In this document: positions 38,004-49,261 of the stretch, piece by piece
Layout: each line of letters starts with the position of its first letter
Position numbering within the stretch: the stretch's first letter is position 1
Source of the DNA: Vicinamibacterales bacterium
GTDB taxonomy: Bacteria > Acidobacteriota > Vicinamibacteria > Vicinamibacterales > UBA8438
NCBI GenBank assembly: GCA_965197375.1
Contig: CBDAMZ010000010.1
Span: 844 to 64,843, forward strand
Direction of reading: 5' to 3'
Length of the DNA: 64,000 nt
The notes under the pieces: model-generated
The model's input: only the letters and a program-made list of their open reading frames with translations
Told to the model about the DNA's origin: nothing
The model's database searches: none
Program-made: the position numbers and the translations under genes

Positions 38004-38852
38004 TCAGGACACCTTGACGACTCGCGTGTGGGCGAGGTAGTCGTGGAACGCGCGGCCCGAGCCGAACAGCAGACCGAGCAATCCAAGTCCAGCTGGGAGC
38101 ACCGAGACGCCATATGCCACAGTACGTGTCACCGCGCCGACAACAGTTACCGGCATTCCATCGTCGTGCACGACGCGAAGACCCAGCACCATCTTGCCGA
38201 TCGTCTGTCCGCCGAGCGCCGTCAGCGCCATTAAGTATCCGATGTCGAGCAGCCCGAGGAAGACGGCCAATGGCATTCCTGGAAATGAGCCGATAGCTTC
38301 CCAAGACAGGCCAGCTAGCCGCACAGTGAGACCAAGCACGGCGACATCGACTGCGGCTAGCAACAGCAGGTCGACCGCGCAAGCGCCGAGGCGTGGACCC
38401 ACCAACGCCGCTGTCCCTCTGCGCACGACCTGTTCGCTCGGCGTCTTGTGGTCCACCGCACTGCCCCCTAGGCGCTCAAACTCGAGGCGCGGTGTTGCCG
38501 CCGTGGGGCAACCCTCCGACCGGAGCTTCGGCGCTCTTGGTGTCCGCCGTCGCACCGACAAGGGACGCGACGACGCCTGCCGGCCGGCCAGCACAACCAC
38601 CCCGCCAGCGGCTGCACGCCGAGAAAGGCTTGAGTGAACGACAACCTCTGACTCCGGGGGTGATAGCTTTGGCCGATCTTTGTTTAGCGGGTCCAACGTG
38701 AGATCAATCAGTGGAGCGGGCGGCTCGGAAGCGGTCGGAAGACTCAGCGCAGAGGCGTCCGGCTGCTCTGTCGCCAGAGCATAACCGTGGCCACAGCTCG
38801 GACAGATGTCCAGTTCCTCATGTGTGATACGCTGACACCGCGGACACCTCAT
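38004..38852 (-). CDS. RDD-family membrane protein with N-terminal zinc ribbon
   Basis: MRCPRCQ...CPSCGHGY, a Pro/Ser-rich linker, then the RDD-type membrane domain RLGACAVDLLLLAAVD...GQTIGKMVLGLRVV. Confidence 0.75.
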   Translation of the reverse strand: MRCPRCQRITHEELDICPSCGHGYALATEQPDASALSLPTASEPPAPLIDLTLDPLNKDRPKLSPPESEVVVHSSLSRRAAAGGVVVLAGRQASSRPLSVRRRTPRAPKLRSEGCPTAATPRLEFERLGGSAVDHKTPSEQVVRRGTAALVGPRLGACAVDLLLLAAVDVAVLGLTVRLAGLSWEAIGSFPGMPLAVFLGLLDIGYLMALTALGGQTIGKMVLGLRVVHDDGMPVTVVGAVTRTVAYGVSVLPAGLGLLGLLFGSGRAFHDYLAHTRVVKVS

Positions 38853-39121
38853 CGCTGTCGCTGGGCAGCCGCCTGCGGCAAGCTGTCCCATCGGTCCACC
38901 GATTTGTCGGACAGAATTACCCGTTGAATCATGGTCCGCAGCCTGTCGGCTTTGAGCCTGAGTGGACTACCTGAATCGATTGTTGCGAGCAGCCGTGGGG
39001 TATCTGCAAGGTCTTCGCTTGACCGTGAAGAAGATCAAACATGCACTCGTTTCGCCTGAAGTGGTGCGATTATGGGGGAAACACCGGTACCAGTCAACCG
39101 CAGGGAGCGGCCTAAACACTC

Positions 39122-40045
39122 ATGATCGAGTCAGTGCCCAACGTCAGTGAAGGACGACGACCGGACGTTATTCGCGCGCTTGTAGATGCCGTCGGCAACA
39201 TCCCGGGAGTTCACCTGCTCAATTGCTCGTCGGATCCCGATCACAACCGATCCGTGTTGACGCTGGTCGGTGACGGCGACGGGCTGACTCAGGCACTCCT
39301 TCGCTTGTTCGACATCGCCACCACGCAAATCGATCTCCGTGTCCACCGGGGTGAACATCCGCGGATCGGCGCCGTCGACGTCGTGCCGTTCGTCCCGCTC
39401 AAGAACATCACAATGACCGCCTGCGCCGATCTGGCCCGCTCAGTGGGACAAACCGTCGCCGACCAATTTGATATTCCGGTCTACTTGTACGAAGAAGCCG
39501 CGGCGGCACCCAACCGCCGGAGGCTGGAAGATATCCGCCGTGGACAATTCGAAGGTCTGGCCACCAAGATGGTGGCCGCTTCCTGGCACCCAGATTTCGG
39601 ACCCTCCATACCCCACCCAACAGCTGGCGCCTCAGCCATCGGCGCTCGCCGCCTGCTCATCGCGCTCAACGTAAACCTCGACACCGACGACCTCAAAGTG
39701 GCTCAACAGATCGCGCGCACGGTCCGAGCACGGAGCGGCGGCCTACCATTCGTGAAGGCGATCGCCGTACAGCTAACCCACCGCCACCTCGTCCAAGTGT
39801 CGATGAACCTAACCGACCATGTCCGCACTCCGTTACACCTGGTATGCGACGCCGTAAAACGCGAGGCTGACAAGCTCGGCGTGGCGGTCGCCAACAGCGA
39901 GGTGGTTGGAATGGTGCCAGCAGATGTGCTCGTCACACCAGCCGTGCGATACCTGCAACTGGATCGCTTCACGCCTGATCAGGTACTTGAGACGCAACTA
40001 CCCCTTCTGTTGAAGAATCCTTCGCCACGGTCTTTCAAAGAATAG
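39122..40045 (+). CDS. ftcD: glutamate formimidoyltransferase
   Basis: MIESVPNVSEGRRPDVI...SSDPDHNRSVLTLVG...HPRIGAVDVVPFVPL...; about 300 aa transferase domain only. Confidence 0.88.
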   Translation: MIESVPNVSEGRRPDVIRALVDAVGNIPGVHLLNCSSDPDHNRSVLTLVGDGDGLTQALLRLFDIATTQIDLRVHRGEHPRIGAVDVVPFVPLKNITMTACADLARSVGQTVADQFDIPVYLYEEAAAAPNRRRLEDIRRGQFEGLATKMVAASWHPDFGPSIPHPTAGASAIGARRLLIALNVNLDTDDLKVAQQIARTVRARSGGLPFVKAIAVQLTHRHLVQVSMNLTDHVRTPLHLVCDAVKREADKLGVAVANSEVVGMVPADVLVTPAVRYLQLDRFTPDQVLETQLPLLLKNPSPRSFKE

Positions 40046-40104
40046 GTAGTACCAACCTGATTGGGAACCTAACACGGCCAGCTTCGGGATACCCCGGTTG
40101 GGAA

Positions 40105-40122
40105 CCACCGCCGAAACGGTGG
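40105..40122. terminator. GC-rich hairpin in the convergent ftcD/nrdR spacer (possible bidirectional terminator)
   Basis: CCACCG-ccgaaa-CGGTGG. No clear U tract. Confidence 0.3.
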
Positions 40123-40140
40123 GGATGGATTACCAGCCTA

Positions 40141-40596
40141 CTACTTGGCGTCGAGCAACCCCTTAAGCTCAGTCATGAACTCGCCGATGTCTCGGAAGTG
40201 GCGATAGACAGAAGCAAATCGCACATAGGCCACCTTGTCCAAACGTTTCAGCTCCTCCATAACGAATGCGCCGATCTCCACCGCGGAGATCTCCCTGTCC
40301 GATCGCTCCTGCAAAGTTGTTTCAACCCGATTGGCCACCGTCTCGAGTGCCGCCACGCTCACAGGACGCTTCTCACAAGCTTTTAACATCCCGGCGATGA
40401 CCTTCTGCCGTTCAAAGCGCTCCCGGGATCCGTCCTTCTTAACCACCATATGCGGGATCTCGTCGATTCGCTCGTAGCTGGTAAAGCGCCGCCCACATCC
40501 GGCACACTCCCGACGACGGCGGATCACCCCACCTTCCTTGCCCTCCCGAGAATCGACGACCTTGTCATCGAGATGACCACAGAACGGACACTTCAC
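40141..40596 (-). CDS. nrdR: transcriptional repressor NrdR
   Basis: [18 protein letters not shown]...[17 protein letters not shown], plus an ATP-cone. Confidence 0.95.
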   Translation of the reverse strand: MKCPFCGHLDDKVVDSREGKEGGVIRRRRECAGCGRRFTSYERIDEIPHMVVKKDGSRERFERQKVIAGMLKACEKRPVSVAALETVANRVETTLQERSDREISAVEIGAFVMEELKRLDKVAYVRFASVYRHFRDIGEFMTELKGLLDAK

Positions 40597-41717
40597 CCGG
40601 CGCCCCCTTCCTCATCAGCTGCAGCCGCCACGACTCGTGAGCCCGGCGCGTTTTGTTCGACGCGCGAGTGATCCGTGACGTCGTGTTCAGCGGACTCCGC
40701 CGTTCTCGCATCAGCCAGGACCAGCCGACCGACGCCCCGTAGCCGAACGCCCTCCTGTGCCATAAAGAAAATCCCCACTATCGTAACCGGCGCGAAGGAG
40801 ATGGCGTGCAACACAAGTGCCGCCCCGACCGCCCGATCGGTCGCCACTCCGTACAGGGCGGTCGCGCCAACTTGATACGCCGCATGATAACCCCCGATCC
40901 CAGCCGGCGTCGGTACGGCCACGCCGAGCACCGTGAGGACAAGCAGTGTTGCCGCGCCGGATAGCGGGAGGGCGATGGCGAAAGCTGTCGTTACGAGCCA
41001 GAGACTCGCAGCAATACATCCCCAAAGAAACACCGACCAGGCCATCGCCACCAACAGCGTGCTCGCCTGCCGCGTGATGGCCAACCCTGTCGTGAAGCGC
41101 CGAGCCGACGCCGACAGGGCCTGCGCCATATGGCTGGGCAATAAACCGGCCGTGCGCGCAATCACCCGGCCGACCCGACCGGGATGGCCGGCAGCCAGGT
41201 ATGCAACCACAAGCATGACGAGCGCGCCAGTGCCCGCCACGCCAGCCCCCACCTGCACAGCGTCCAATAGTCGAGAATCCAAGGCCTGCCTGCCCGACTC
41301 GAACATAACGACCGAGATGCCGAAGAGCAGCAGGACAGCGATCAAGTCCAGGAGACGCTCAACCACTACGGTTCCGAACGTCGCGCTAGCACTCAGCCTC
41401 GCAGTACGAGCCAGCACATACGGCCTCAAGAGCTCACCCACGCGGCCGGGAAGCACCGATGTGGCCGCAAACCCCATGACCACGGCGCGAAACGCGGCAT
41501 TGAAGCCGACACGGCCGACTGGGCGCAACAGGTAACGCCAACGCATCACGCGCACGACGTAGGTCGCTACGGTCAGGAGGAGTGCGCCGCTCAGAAAATC
41601 CAAACGCGCGTCGGCGATAGCCCCCCAGACGCCGCGTAAATCGGCGTTACGGAGGAAAAAAGCCATTAGGCCAGCGGTCAGGCCGATGACCACGACAGTG
41701 CGAACGTGCCGCTGCAT
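40593..41717 (-). CDS. UPF0104 / lysyl-phosphatidylglycerol-synthase-TM-like (flippase-like) membrane protein
   Basis: 374 aa, about 8 hydrophobic helices, conserved ...[12 protein letters not shown].... 4-nt overlap with nrdR. Confidence 0.7.
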   Translation of the reverse strand: MQRHVRTVVVIGLTAGLMAFFLRNADLRGVWGAIADARLDFLSGALLLTVATYVVRVMRWRYLLRPVGRVGFNAAFRAVVMGFAATSVLPGRVGELLRPYVLARTARLSASATFGTVVVERLLDLIAVLLLFGISVVMFESGRQALDSRLLDAVQVGAGVAGTGALVMLVVAYLAAGHPGRVGRVIARTAGLLPSHMAQALSASARRFTTGLAITRQASTLLVAMAWSVFLWGCIAASLWLVTTAFAIALPLSGAATLLVLTVLGVAVPTPAGIGGYHAAYQVGATALYGVATDRAVGAALVLHAISFAPVTIVGIFFMAQEGVRLRGVGRLVLADARTAESAEHDVTDHSRVEQNAPGSRVVAAAADEEGGAG

Positions 41718-41805
41718 ACAGAAAAGAACGTACTACATTTCTTGCTTGCCGTCGCCGTTTGGTTACCAGTAATCTACGCGTCTTCGGACTGCGTGAGGAT
41801 TTGCC

Positions 41806-42714
41806 GTGTCATCTGCACCTCCGATTTTCGAAACCTCCCTGGACGGCGTCACACCTCATCGGCGCGGCAAGGTCAGGGACCTTTACGAGGTCGGCGATCG
41901 TCTTCTAATCGTGGCGACCGATCGTATCTCGGCATATGATTTCGTCTTGGGATCGGCGATTCCAGACAAGGGGAAGGTGTTGACCCAGCTCTCGGCCTTC
42001 TGGTTCACTCAAACGCAGCACATCGTCCCCAACCACATGCTCTCGATCGACCCCAGTGAGTACCCGGAACCCCTGAATCACCAGGCCGCACTGCTCGCCG
42101 GGCGCTCAATGCTCGCCCGGCACACAAAGCCGGTGCCAATCGAATGCGTAGCCCGCGGCTACTTGGCTGGCTCGGGATGGAGGGAATACCGGGACACCGG
42201 GCAAGTATGCGGAATCGAGCTTCCAGCTGGTCTCCGCGAGTCAGATCGCCTGAGCGAACCCATATTCACCCCAGCAACAAAGGCCGACAGCGGCCACGAC
42301 ATTAACATCAGCGAGGAAGCGGCCGGCGAGCTGGTCGGGCGGGCCCTCGTCGAGCGCCTGCGGGAACTGACCGTCGCGTTGTATGTACACGGCGCAGCGC
42401 ATGCGGAAACGTGCGGCATTATTGTCGCCGACACAAAATTCGAATTCGGCATCGTCTCGAGGGACGGCCGCGACGAAATTCTCCTAATCGACGAAGTTCT
42501 GACACCGGATTCGTCGCGTTTTTGGGCAACCGACCGCTATCAGCCGGGAAGGTCGCAACCCAGCTTCGATAAGCAATACGTCCGGGACTACCTTGATGGC
42601 ATCCGGTGGAACCGGCAACCGCCGGTCCCCGAACTGCCATCCGAGGTGGTCGAGAACACCAGAGCGAGGTACGTGGCGGCGTTTCGGTCGTTGACCGGCC
42701 GTGAACTCAGCTAA
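41806..42714 (+). CDS. purC: phosphoribosylaminoimidazole-succinocarboxamide synthase
   Basis: RGKVRDLYEVGDRLLIVATDRISAYD...ECVARGYLAGSGW...TPATKA..GHD.NI...VADTKFEFG...LIDEVLTPDSSRFW. Confidence 0.93.
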   Translation: MSSAPPIFETSLDGVTPHRRGKVRDLYEVGDRLLIVATDRISAYDFVLGSAIPDKGKVLTQLSAFWFTQTQHIVPNHMLSIDPSEYPEPLNHQAALLAGRSMLARHTKPVPIECVARGYLAGSGWREYRDTGQVCGIELPAGLRESDRLSEPIFTPATKADSGHDINISEEAAGELVGRALVERLRELTVALYVHGAAHAETCGIIVADTKFEFGIVSRDGRDEILLIDEVLTPDSSRFWATDRYQPGRSQPSFDKQYVRDYLDGIRWNRQPPVPELPSEVVENTRARYVAAFRSLTGRELS

Positions 42715-42763
42715 TTGCCGCGCGAGACAACCGTGAACCAATGGGACGGAAGGGGAACGACGC

Positions 42764-42973
42764 GTGCGCGAGCAGCTCAACCGCTTGGTTGACGAGATGC
42801 TGACCAAGGGCATTCTGTACGAGGATGCCCGCCGAGAGATCGAGCGACGTTTCATTAGCCGGGCGCTGGCCCGCTCCAACGGCAACCTCAGCCGGGCGGC
42901 TGGCCTTTTGGGCATCCACCGCAATACGCTCAGCCGTAAGATCGCGGCCCACCGGCTCAAGCGCACCGGGTGA
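42764..42973 (+). CDS. Fis-family helix-turn-helix DNA-binding protein
   Basis: 69 aa with C-terminal ...ALARSNGNLSRAAGLLGIHRNTLSRKI (Fis-type HTH). Confidence 0.7.
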   Translation: MREQLNRLVDEMLTKGILYEDARREIERRFISRALARSNGNLSRAAGLLGIHRNTLSRKIAAHRLKRTG

Positions 42974-43000
42974 TCAGTAGTTTGGGTAGCCGCCAGACTC

Positions 43001-43054
43001 TTGACGACAACCCAGCCCCCGCTGTAAATTAGCAGTGCGGTCGGTGAGTGCCAA
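43001..43054 (+). promoter_or_regulatory. groESL promoter candidate with overlapping CIRCE-like inverted repeat
   Basis: TTGACG (43001-43006), 18 nt, TAAATT (43025-43030). TTAGCAGTG-N8-GAGTGCCAA (43029-43054) resembles CIRCE TTAGCACTC-N9-GAGTGCTAA; the spacing and 3 positions deviate. Confidence 0.45.
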
Positions 43055-43066
43055 CCTCCGCGTCTT

Positions 43067-43098
43067 CTAGGGACCATCAGGAGTATCCCTAGTTTTTT
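43067..43098 (+). terminator. terminator-like stem-loop plus U6 inside the groES leader (function uncertain)
   Basis: CTAGGGA-ccatcaggagta-TCCCTAG followed by TTTTTT, ending 27 nt before the groES ATG. Confidence 0.35.
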
Positions 43099-43125
43099 CA
43101 ACTACTTGAAGGGAATGTGACATTC

Positions 43126-43422
43126 ATGGCTGTCAACGTACGACCACTCCACGACCGCATCATCGTCGAGCGCTTCGAAGAGGAAGACCAACAGGTCGGT
43201 GGAATCATCATTCCCGACACCGCCAAGGAAAAGCCGCAGCAGGGGAAGGTCCTCGCCGTCGGCAAAGGCAAGGTCAAGGACGACGGCACGCTGACCCCCC
43301 TCGATGTCAAGGTTGGTGACGCCGTACTGTTCGGTAAGTACACCGGCCAGGAAATCAAGCTGGACGGTGTCGAGTATCTCATCATGCGTGAGGACGAAAT
43401 TCTGGGGGTCATCGAGAAGTGA
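43126..43422 (+). CDS. groES: co-chaperonin GroES
   Basis: [46 protein letters not shown]. Confidence 0.95.
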   Translation: MAVNVRPLHDRIIVERFEEEDQQVGGIIIPDTAKEKPQQGKVLAVGKGKVKDDGTLTPLDVKVGDAVLFGKYTGQEIKLDGVEYLIMREDEILGVIEK

Positions 43423-43477
43423 TCTTGGGCTGACGTGAAATGTCCGCCAGATAGACACAGGGCAATCGATTCAGTGA

Positions 43478-45121
<1,644 letters not shown>

Positions 45122-45209
45122 TCAGCAGCTAAGTTGGCCCCGCGTCGACCGAGAAGTCACGGGACGGGCACGGGGCGAAACCTCCCGGGCCTTAGACTAG
45201 ACGCGGACT

Positions 45210-46283
45210 TCAGCGAAGGGTGAAGTACAGCTCGAGCCCCACCAGCACGGCGACCGGCTGCCCGAAGCGGGTGCCGGGTGTGAACTGCCACTTCCTGGCC
45301 GCCTTGATCGCCTCCTCATCCAACCCAAAGATCGGATCGAGGGATTTGGTGATACGTGCATCACCAACTGTGCCATCAGGTAGAACGACCACTTCGAGCA
45401 AGACGGTTCCCTGAATCTTTGCCCGCATCGCCTCGGCGGTGTATCGCGGTTTGACTTCACGGAGAAGTCTCGGTGGGCTGATATCGGTACCGGGACGGTA
45501 GGTTCCACCTCCGACACCGCCACCCTGGCCAGGCCCGAGTCCGTCTCCTTGGCCCGGCCCAATCCCGCCGCCCTGCCCGGCACCTGCCCCACCGTCGCGC
45601 CCGGTACCCTGAGAACGAACGGAGGCCGCCATCAACCCATCAAGCACACCAGGTCGAGTTTCGGTAGCCGCTGCCATTAACACGGCTGGGATACTCAGAT
45701 TCTGGGTCTCGAGCGGTTGCTCTTCGAGCACAGCCTCCAACTCGACGTAGTCAGGCGGTTCTTCGACCGGCACACTCAACTCCGCTTTGTCCGGTCCTTC
45801 CAGCTGCACCTGCGCCGGTAGCTCGAGCGACTCGTTGCCGCCACCACCCCCGCCACCACCGGGGCCCTCCTGAGGCATCCACACGATGTTGTAGTTCAGA
45901 CTGTTGATCTCCACTTCATAAACACGCTCAGGAACCAGGCTGATCACGAACGCCAGGAGAATGCCGCCAAACACGTGGCTGGCAGCCGATGCAGCAAATG
46001 AACGGCCCATCCGCTTTTCGACTGAGCCCAGCAGAAACCGAACATCGCAGGGACCGAAGGTGTCAGGCCGAATCGAGAGCCCGGTGTCGCGGGAGAAGCG
46101 ACCCTGAAGGCCGGCGTCCCACGTGCGTTGTGACAGAGGTGTCGCGATCGGAGTGACCAAAGCTGGAATCTTGATACCATCTGCCGCCTCGCGGTTACGT
46201 TTTCGCCGACGCTTCTCCGGCGAGGTATACGGCGTGTGCGACGGCGGAAATGGAATGTGGCCGAGGCTCAGCCCGTGGCTCAA
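45210..46283 (-). CDS. energy transducer TonB-family protein
   Basis: C-terminal TonB domain PPRLLREVKPRYTAEAMRAKIQGTVLLEVVVLPDGTVGDARITKSLDPIFGLDEEAIKAARKWQFTP. Gly/Pro-rich spacer and a single TM helix (HVFGGILLAFVISLV). The true start is probably downstream of 46283. Confidence 0.8.
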   Translation of the reverse strand: MSHGLSLGHIPFPPSHTPYTSPEKRRRKRNREAADGIKIPALVTPIATPLSQRTWDAGLQGRFSRDTGLSIRPDTFGPCDVRFLLGSVEKRMGRSFAASAASHVFGGILLAFVISLVPERVYEVEINSLNYNIVWMPQEGPGGGGGGGGNESLELPAQVQLEGPDKAELSVPVEEPPDYVELEAVLEEQPLETQNLSIPAVLMAAATETRPGVLDGLMAASVRSQGTGRDGGAGAGQGGGIGPGQGDGLGPGQGGGVGGGTYRPGTDISPPRLLREVKPRYTAEAMRAKIQGTVLLEVVVLPDGTVGDARITKSLDPIFGLDEEAIKAARKWQFTPGTRFGQPVAVLVGLELYFTLR

Positions 46284-46447
46284 GCAAATCCCTCCCGGGT
46301 CAATTGTGACGGACGACTATCGAGCAAGCAACAGCAAAAAGCATGTCTGGCCGCCGGCCTGTCGGAGCGCACACAGCCTCCGCGTCCGCCGCTCTCCTTA
46401 GTGCTTCTACCGATGTGTCTTCCGGCGCTACGACGCGTCCTCATCTT

Positions 46448-46933
46448 TTAGACGCGTCCTGTCCAAGCACCAATTGCGGCATTGCCGCCGCCGTAGGCAT
46501 GAAGGAGCGCGAGGGCGTCCGCCGCACGGGGTTCGCTTTCGATCGCAACAAGAATGCCGCCGCGTGCAGTAAGGGTCTCAAAAATGAAACCGTCGTGCGC
46601 CTGAAAGCCAGCGCGGCGCATGGTGGCCGCCACTCCGGTTCTGTTAAGGCCGCGGTCAGATCCCTGTAGCGTGCTAACGAGTTGACCATGTGCGATGACG
46701 GCGCTAAGACCACCGATATCTATCTCGAGCTCCCCGCCTGCAACGCCGAACGTCTTCTCCACCAAGGTCGAGGTCTCTGGCGTGTGCTTCGCCAGAATCG
46801 ACAACGATTCCCCAGGAAAGCCATGCCGTGACAGCGCGTCGAGGCCACGTGCCGCCCACACGGCATCCTGGAACACGCCGACCGTAAAGCAACGTCGGTC
46901 TTCACTCTGTGCCATCGCACTGGTTCCTCTCAT
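46448..46933 (-). CDS. hypothetical protein (161 aa, family not recognised with confidence)
   Basis: The ORF has coding-like composition. A promoter-like TTGCAA-18-TAAACT lies just upstream on the minus strand. Confidence 0.5.
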   Translation of the reverse strand: MRGTSAMAQSEDRRCFTVGVFQDAVWAARGLDALSRHGFPGESLSILAKHTPETSTLVEKTFGVAGGELEIDIGGLSAVIAHGQLVSTLQGSDRGLNRTGVAATMRRAGFQAHDGFIFETLTARGGILVAIESEPRAADALALLHAYGGGNAAIGAWTGRV

Positions 46934-47220
46934 CGTGGCGTAATTAAAGTTTACCGGGTGCTAACGTAGATTTGCAAAACAATGAGCGCTGGTACCAGCG
47001 TTGTCGGCCCAGGCTCGGCCGGGTCCATCACCGCCCGCACACCCGAACGCCAGCGAGAGAATCTATTTCACACTGCGATCCGATCGCCGGGTTGCCGCGG
47101 CGCCCATGGGCCCCGCGCTAGCCTAGCAAAGAAAATGCACCACTCCGGGGACGCCACAGGCGACACGAAACGCTCACTGGGTAAAAGGACGACAGCCAAA
47201 AAACAGCCGAGGCAGCCGAT

Positions 47221-49152
47221 TCACAGAACGATCCGCACGTTGCCGACCCGGCGCGTTACACGCTCGCGGTCGAGATACTCCAAAAGTGGGATCGCGAACT
47301 TGCGTGTCACTCCGAACCGCTCTTTGAACGTCGCAACGTTGATGTGAACCGATTCTCCTGCTTCAGGCTTTAAACTGCTGACCTCCGCTTTCAGCCGGCG
47401 GAGCGCCTCGACGTGGAATACGAGCGCGTCGGCTTTTTCTAGATGGTGCTGCCGAAGTAACAACCGTAGCATACGGTCGATTAGATCTGGGCTCGCACCT
47501 GTGGTGTCGACAAGCTGCCTGACATCGGGCGGCGTCAGCCCACTATCTCTGAAGCACCGCTCGACCGCATCGCGAACGCGTTGCTCGTCTGGTAATAGTG
47601 AGATCTGATGCGACGCCAGCGCCAGATGGCGGGTCGCGAGAAGCGTCCGCTCTGCCACTAGCACTCCAACGATGTAATGAAACACCGCAGCGCTGGCTCG
47701 CCGACTGAACCGCTCACGAGCCTCCTCCCGGGGGAGACCCGTTTCCAGCGGCTGCGTGCGATGATACGCTCCGATCGACGCTAGCAGATCGCGCTTCACC
47801 AAACGCACACTGTCTGACGAAACGAGCAGGTCCCCAACGACAACCACCTTCCTTTCGACTACGAGCGCCTCAACCAGCCCGCCGACCTGCGCGAGCGTAA
47901 TTCCAGCCCGACTCATCAATGCCCGACGCGGAAGCCCGTGCGCAGCCGCCTCGTTAATCATTACCTCGACCGCCACCGTTGGCGCCACCTGCAGCTCGAG
48001 ACGGCGAAACCGCCCGAGCCCAGCCGCGGAACGAAGGCCGCCCCGTGGTGGCTGGGGATCGAGAACCGTACCACCGGCGATGGTAACTGGTGGCGAGTAC
48101 GCACGCAGGACGAAGCGATCGCCACGCGTCAACGCCGCCGGCCGCTCCAAATGTAGCCGCGCGAACGCCTGAAGCCCAGGATCGAGCACCGACGGGAACG
48201 TCCGCTCGGTTGCGCCTTCTGGTCCAGTTGCCGCACCCAGAGCGACTCGTGCCATGACTTCCGCCGTGCCCTGGTGCATTCGGACGCGCGCGCCATGTTT
48301 GAGTGCCCGCGCACTCGGGAGCAGCGTGAGTAGCCCATCGAATCGCTGTGTCGACCCGAGTCCGCCTGGATCAGCAAGCGTGTCGCCGCGCCTGAGCTCC
48401 CCCACTTCAACCCCACTCAAGTTGATCGCCACACGTTGACCCGCGTGCGAGAGCGACTGGCTAATACCGTGCACCTGAAGACCCCGAACCTTGAGGCGGC
48501 GCCCGGCCGGGTGCAACTCCAGATCACTATCGACGCGGATTCGGCCTGACACCTGAGTTCCGGTGACCACTGTCCCGAACCCCTTCACACTGAAGGCGCG
48601 ATCAATCGGTAGCCGCGCTACCCCGTCATCCGATCGGCCACGCGCTCGTTTGGCGACGTGAGCAATAGCGGCGCGAAGCTCATTGAGGCCCGCCCCTGTC
48701 CGTGGAGAGACCGCCACCATGGGCGCACCGTCGAGAAACGAACCAGAAACCAGTTCACGGCTCTCGAGCCGCACTAGCTCGAGCGTCTCCGGGTCGACCA
48801 GATCAGATTTAGTGAGCGCAATAAGCCCGCCTTGGATGTCTAGCAGCCGACAGATATCGAAATGCTCGCGCGTCTGCGGCATGACCGACTCGTCCGCAGC
48901 CACGACAAGCAACACACAATCGATCCCACTCGCCCCAGCAAGCATGTTCCTCACAAACCGCTCATGCCCAGGCACATCAACGAAGGCTAACCGGGTGTCT
49001 TCCTGCTCGTAGCGAGCGAAACCGAGGTCGATGGTAATTCCTCGGGTTTTTTCCTCTTTAAGGCGATCGGGTTCCATCCCGGTCAATGCCCGAACGAGCG
49101 CACTCTTGCCGTGATCGATGTGACCGGCCGTGCCGACAACGATGTGCTTCAT
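47221..49152 (-). CDS. selB: selenocysteine-specific translation elongation factor
   Basis: [25 protein letters not shown]...[18 protein letters not shown]...VDVPGHERF. 643 aa with a long C-terminal winged-helix region, as in SelB. Confidence 0.9.
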   Translation of the reverse strand: MKHIVVGTAGHIDHGKSALVRALTGMEPDRLKEEKTRGITIDLGFARYEQEDTRLAFVDVPGHERFVRNMLAGASGIDCVLLVVAADESVMPQTREHFDICRLLDIQGGLIALTKSDLVDPETLELVRLESRELVSGSFLDGAPMVAVSPRTGAGLNELRAAIAHVAKRARGRSDDGVARLPIDRAFSVKGFGTVVTGTQVSGRIRVDSDLELHPAGRRLKVRGLQVHGISQSLSHAGQRVAINLSGVEVGELRRGDTLADPGGLGSTQRFDGLLTLLPSARALKHGARVRMHQGTAEVMARVALGAATGPEGATERTFPSVLDPGLQAFARLHLERPAALTRGDRFVLRAYSPPVTIAGGTVLDPQPPRGGLRSAAGLGRFRRLELQVAPTVAVEVMINEAAAHGLPRRALMSRAGITLAQVGGLVEALVVERKVVVVGDLLVSSDSVRLVKRDLLASIGAYHRTQPLETGLPREEARERFSRRASAAVFHYIVGVLVAERTLLATRHLALASHQISLLPDEQRVRDAVERCFRDSGLTPPDVRQLVDTTGASPDLIDRMLRLLLRQHHLEKADALVFHVEALRRLKAEVSSLKPEAGESVHINVATFKERFGVTRKFAIPLLEYLDRERVTRRVGNVRIVL

Positions 49153-49261
49153 AGAAAAATCACTGCCCTATTAAACCGCTGCCAGCGGAACCGAAAAGAG
49201 GAGCTGGCGACAGGACCCGCGCCCAATCAGGCCGCTTGTGGTACTACCAAGCGCACTAGCC

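Noticed and set aside
38892-39121. Riboswitch (ZTP/THF-type) upstream of ftcD
   Set aside because: There are only vague matches (ccgcagggagcgg). The conserved ZTP GGGTCGTGAC...CCGGGCGGA...CCGCCTGGGCA elements and THF cores are not present.
40061-40106. Direct repeat TTGGGAACC (40061-40069 and 40098-40106) in the ftcD/nrdR convergent spacer
   Set aside because: Only 9 nt and two copies, so chance cannot be excluded, and there is no associated structure beyond the nearby small hairpin.
45990-46283. Hidden true start of tonB (ATG at 46045 reading MF... in the neighbouring frame) and a similar alternative ATG (4668, MRTV...) for rplM, implying further frame breaks
   Set aside because: This is plausible given the indel pattern elsewhere, but the N-termini are too short and variable for me to distinguish it from ordinary alternative start codons without alignments.
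46934-47220. Possible tRNA-Sec (selC) or other RNA gene in the 287-nt spacer downstream of selB
   Set aside because: I could not fold a cloverleaf on either strand. There is no T-loop GTTCRANYC box, and the only TCA-containing loop candidate (ctatTTCAcac) has no flanking anticodon stem.
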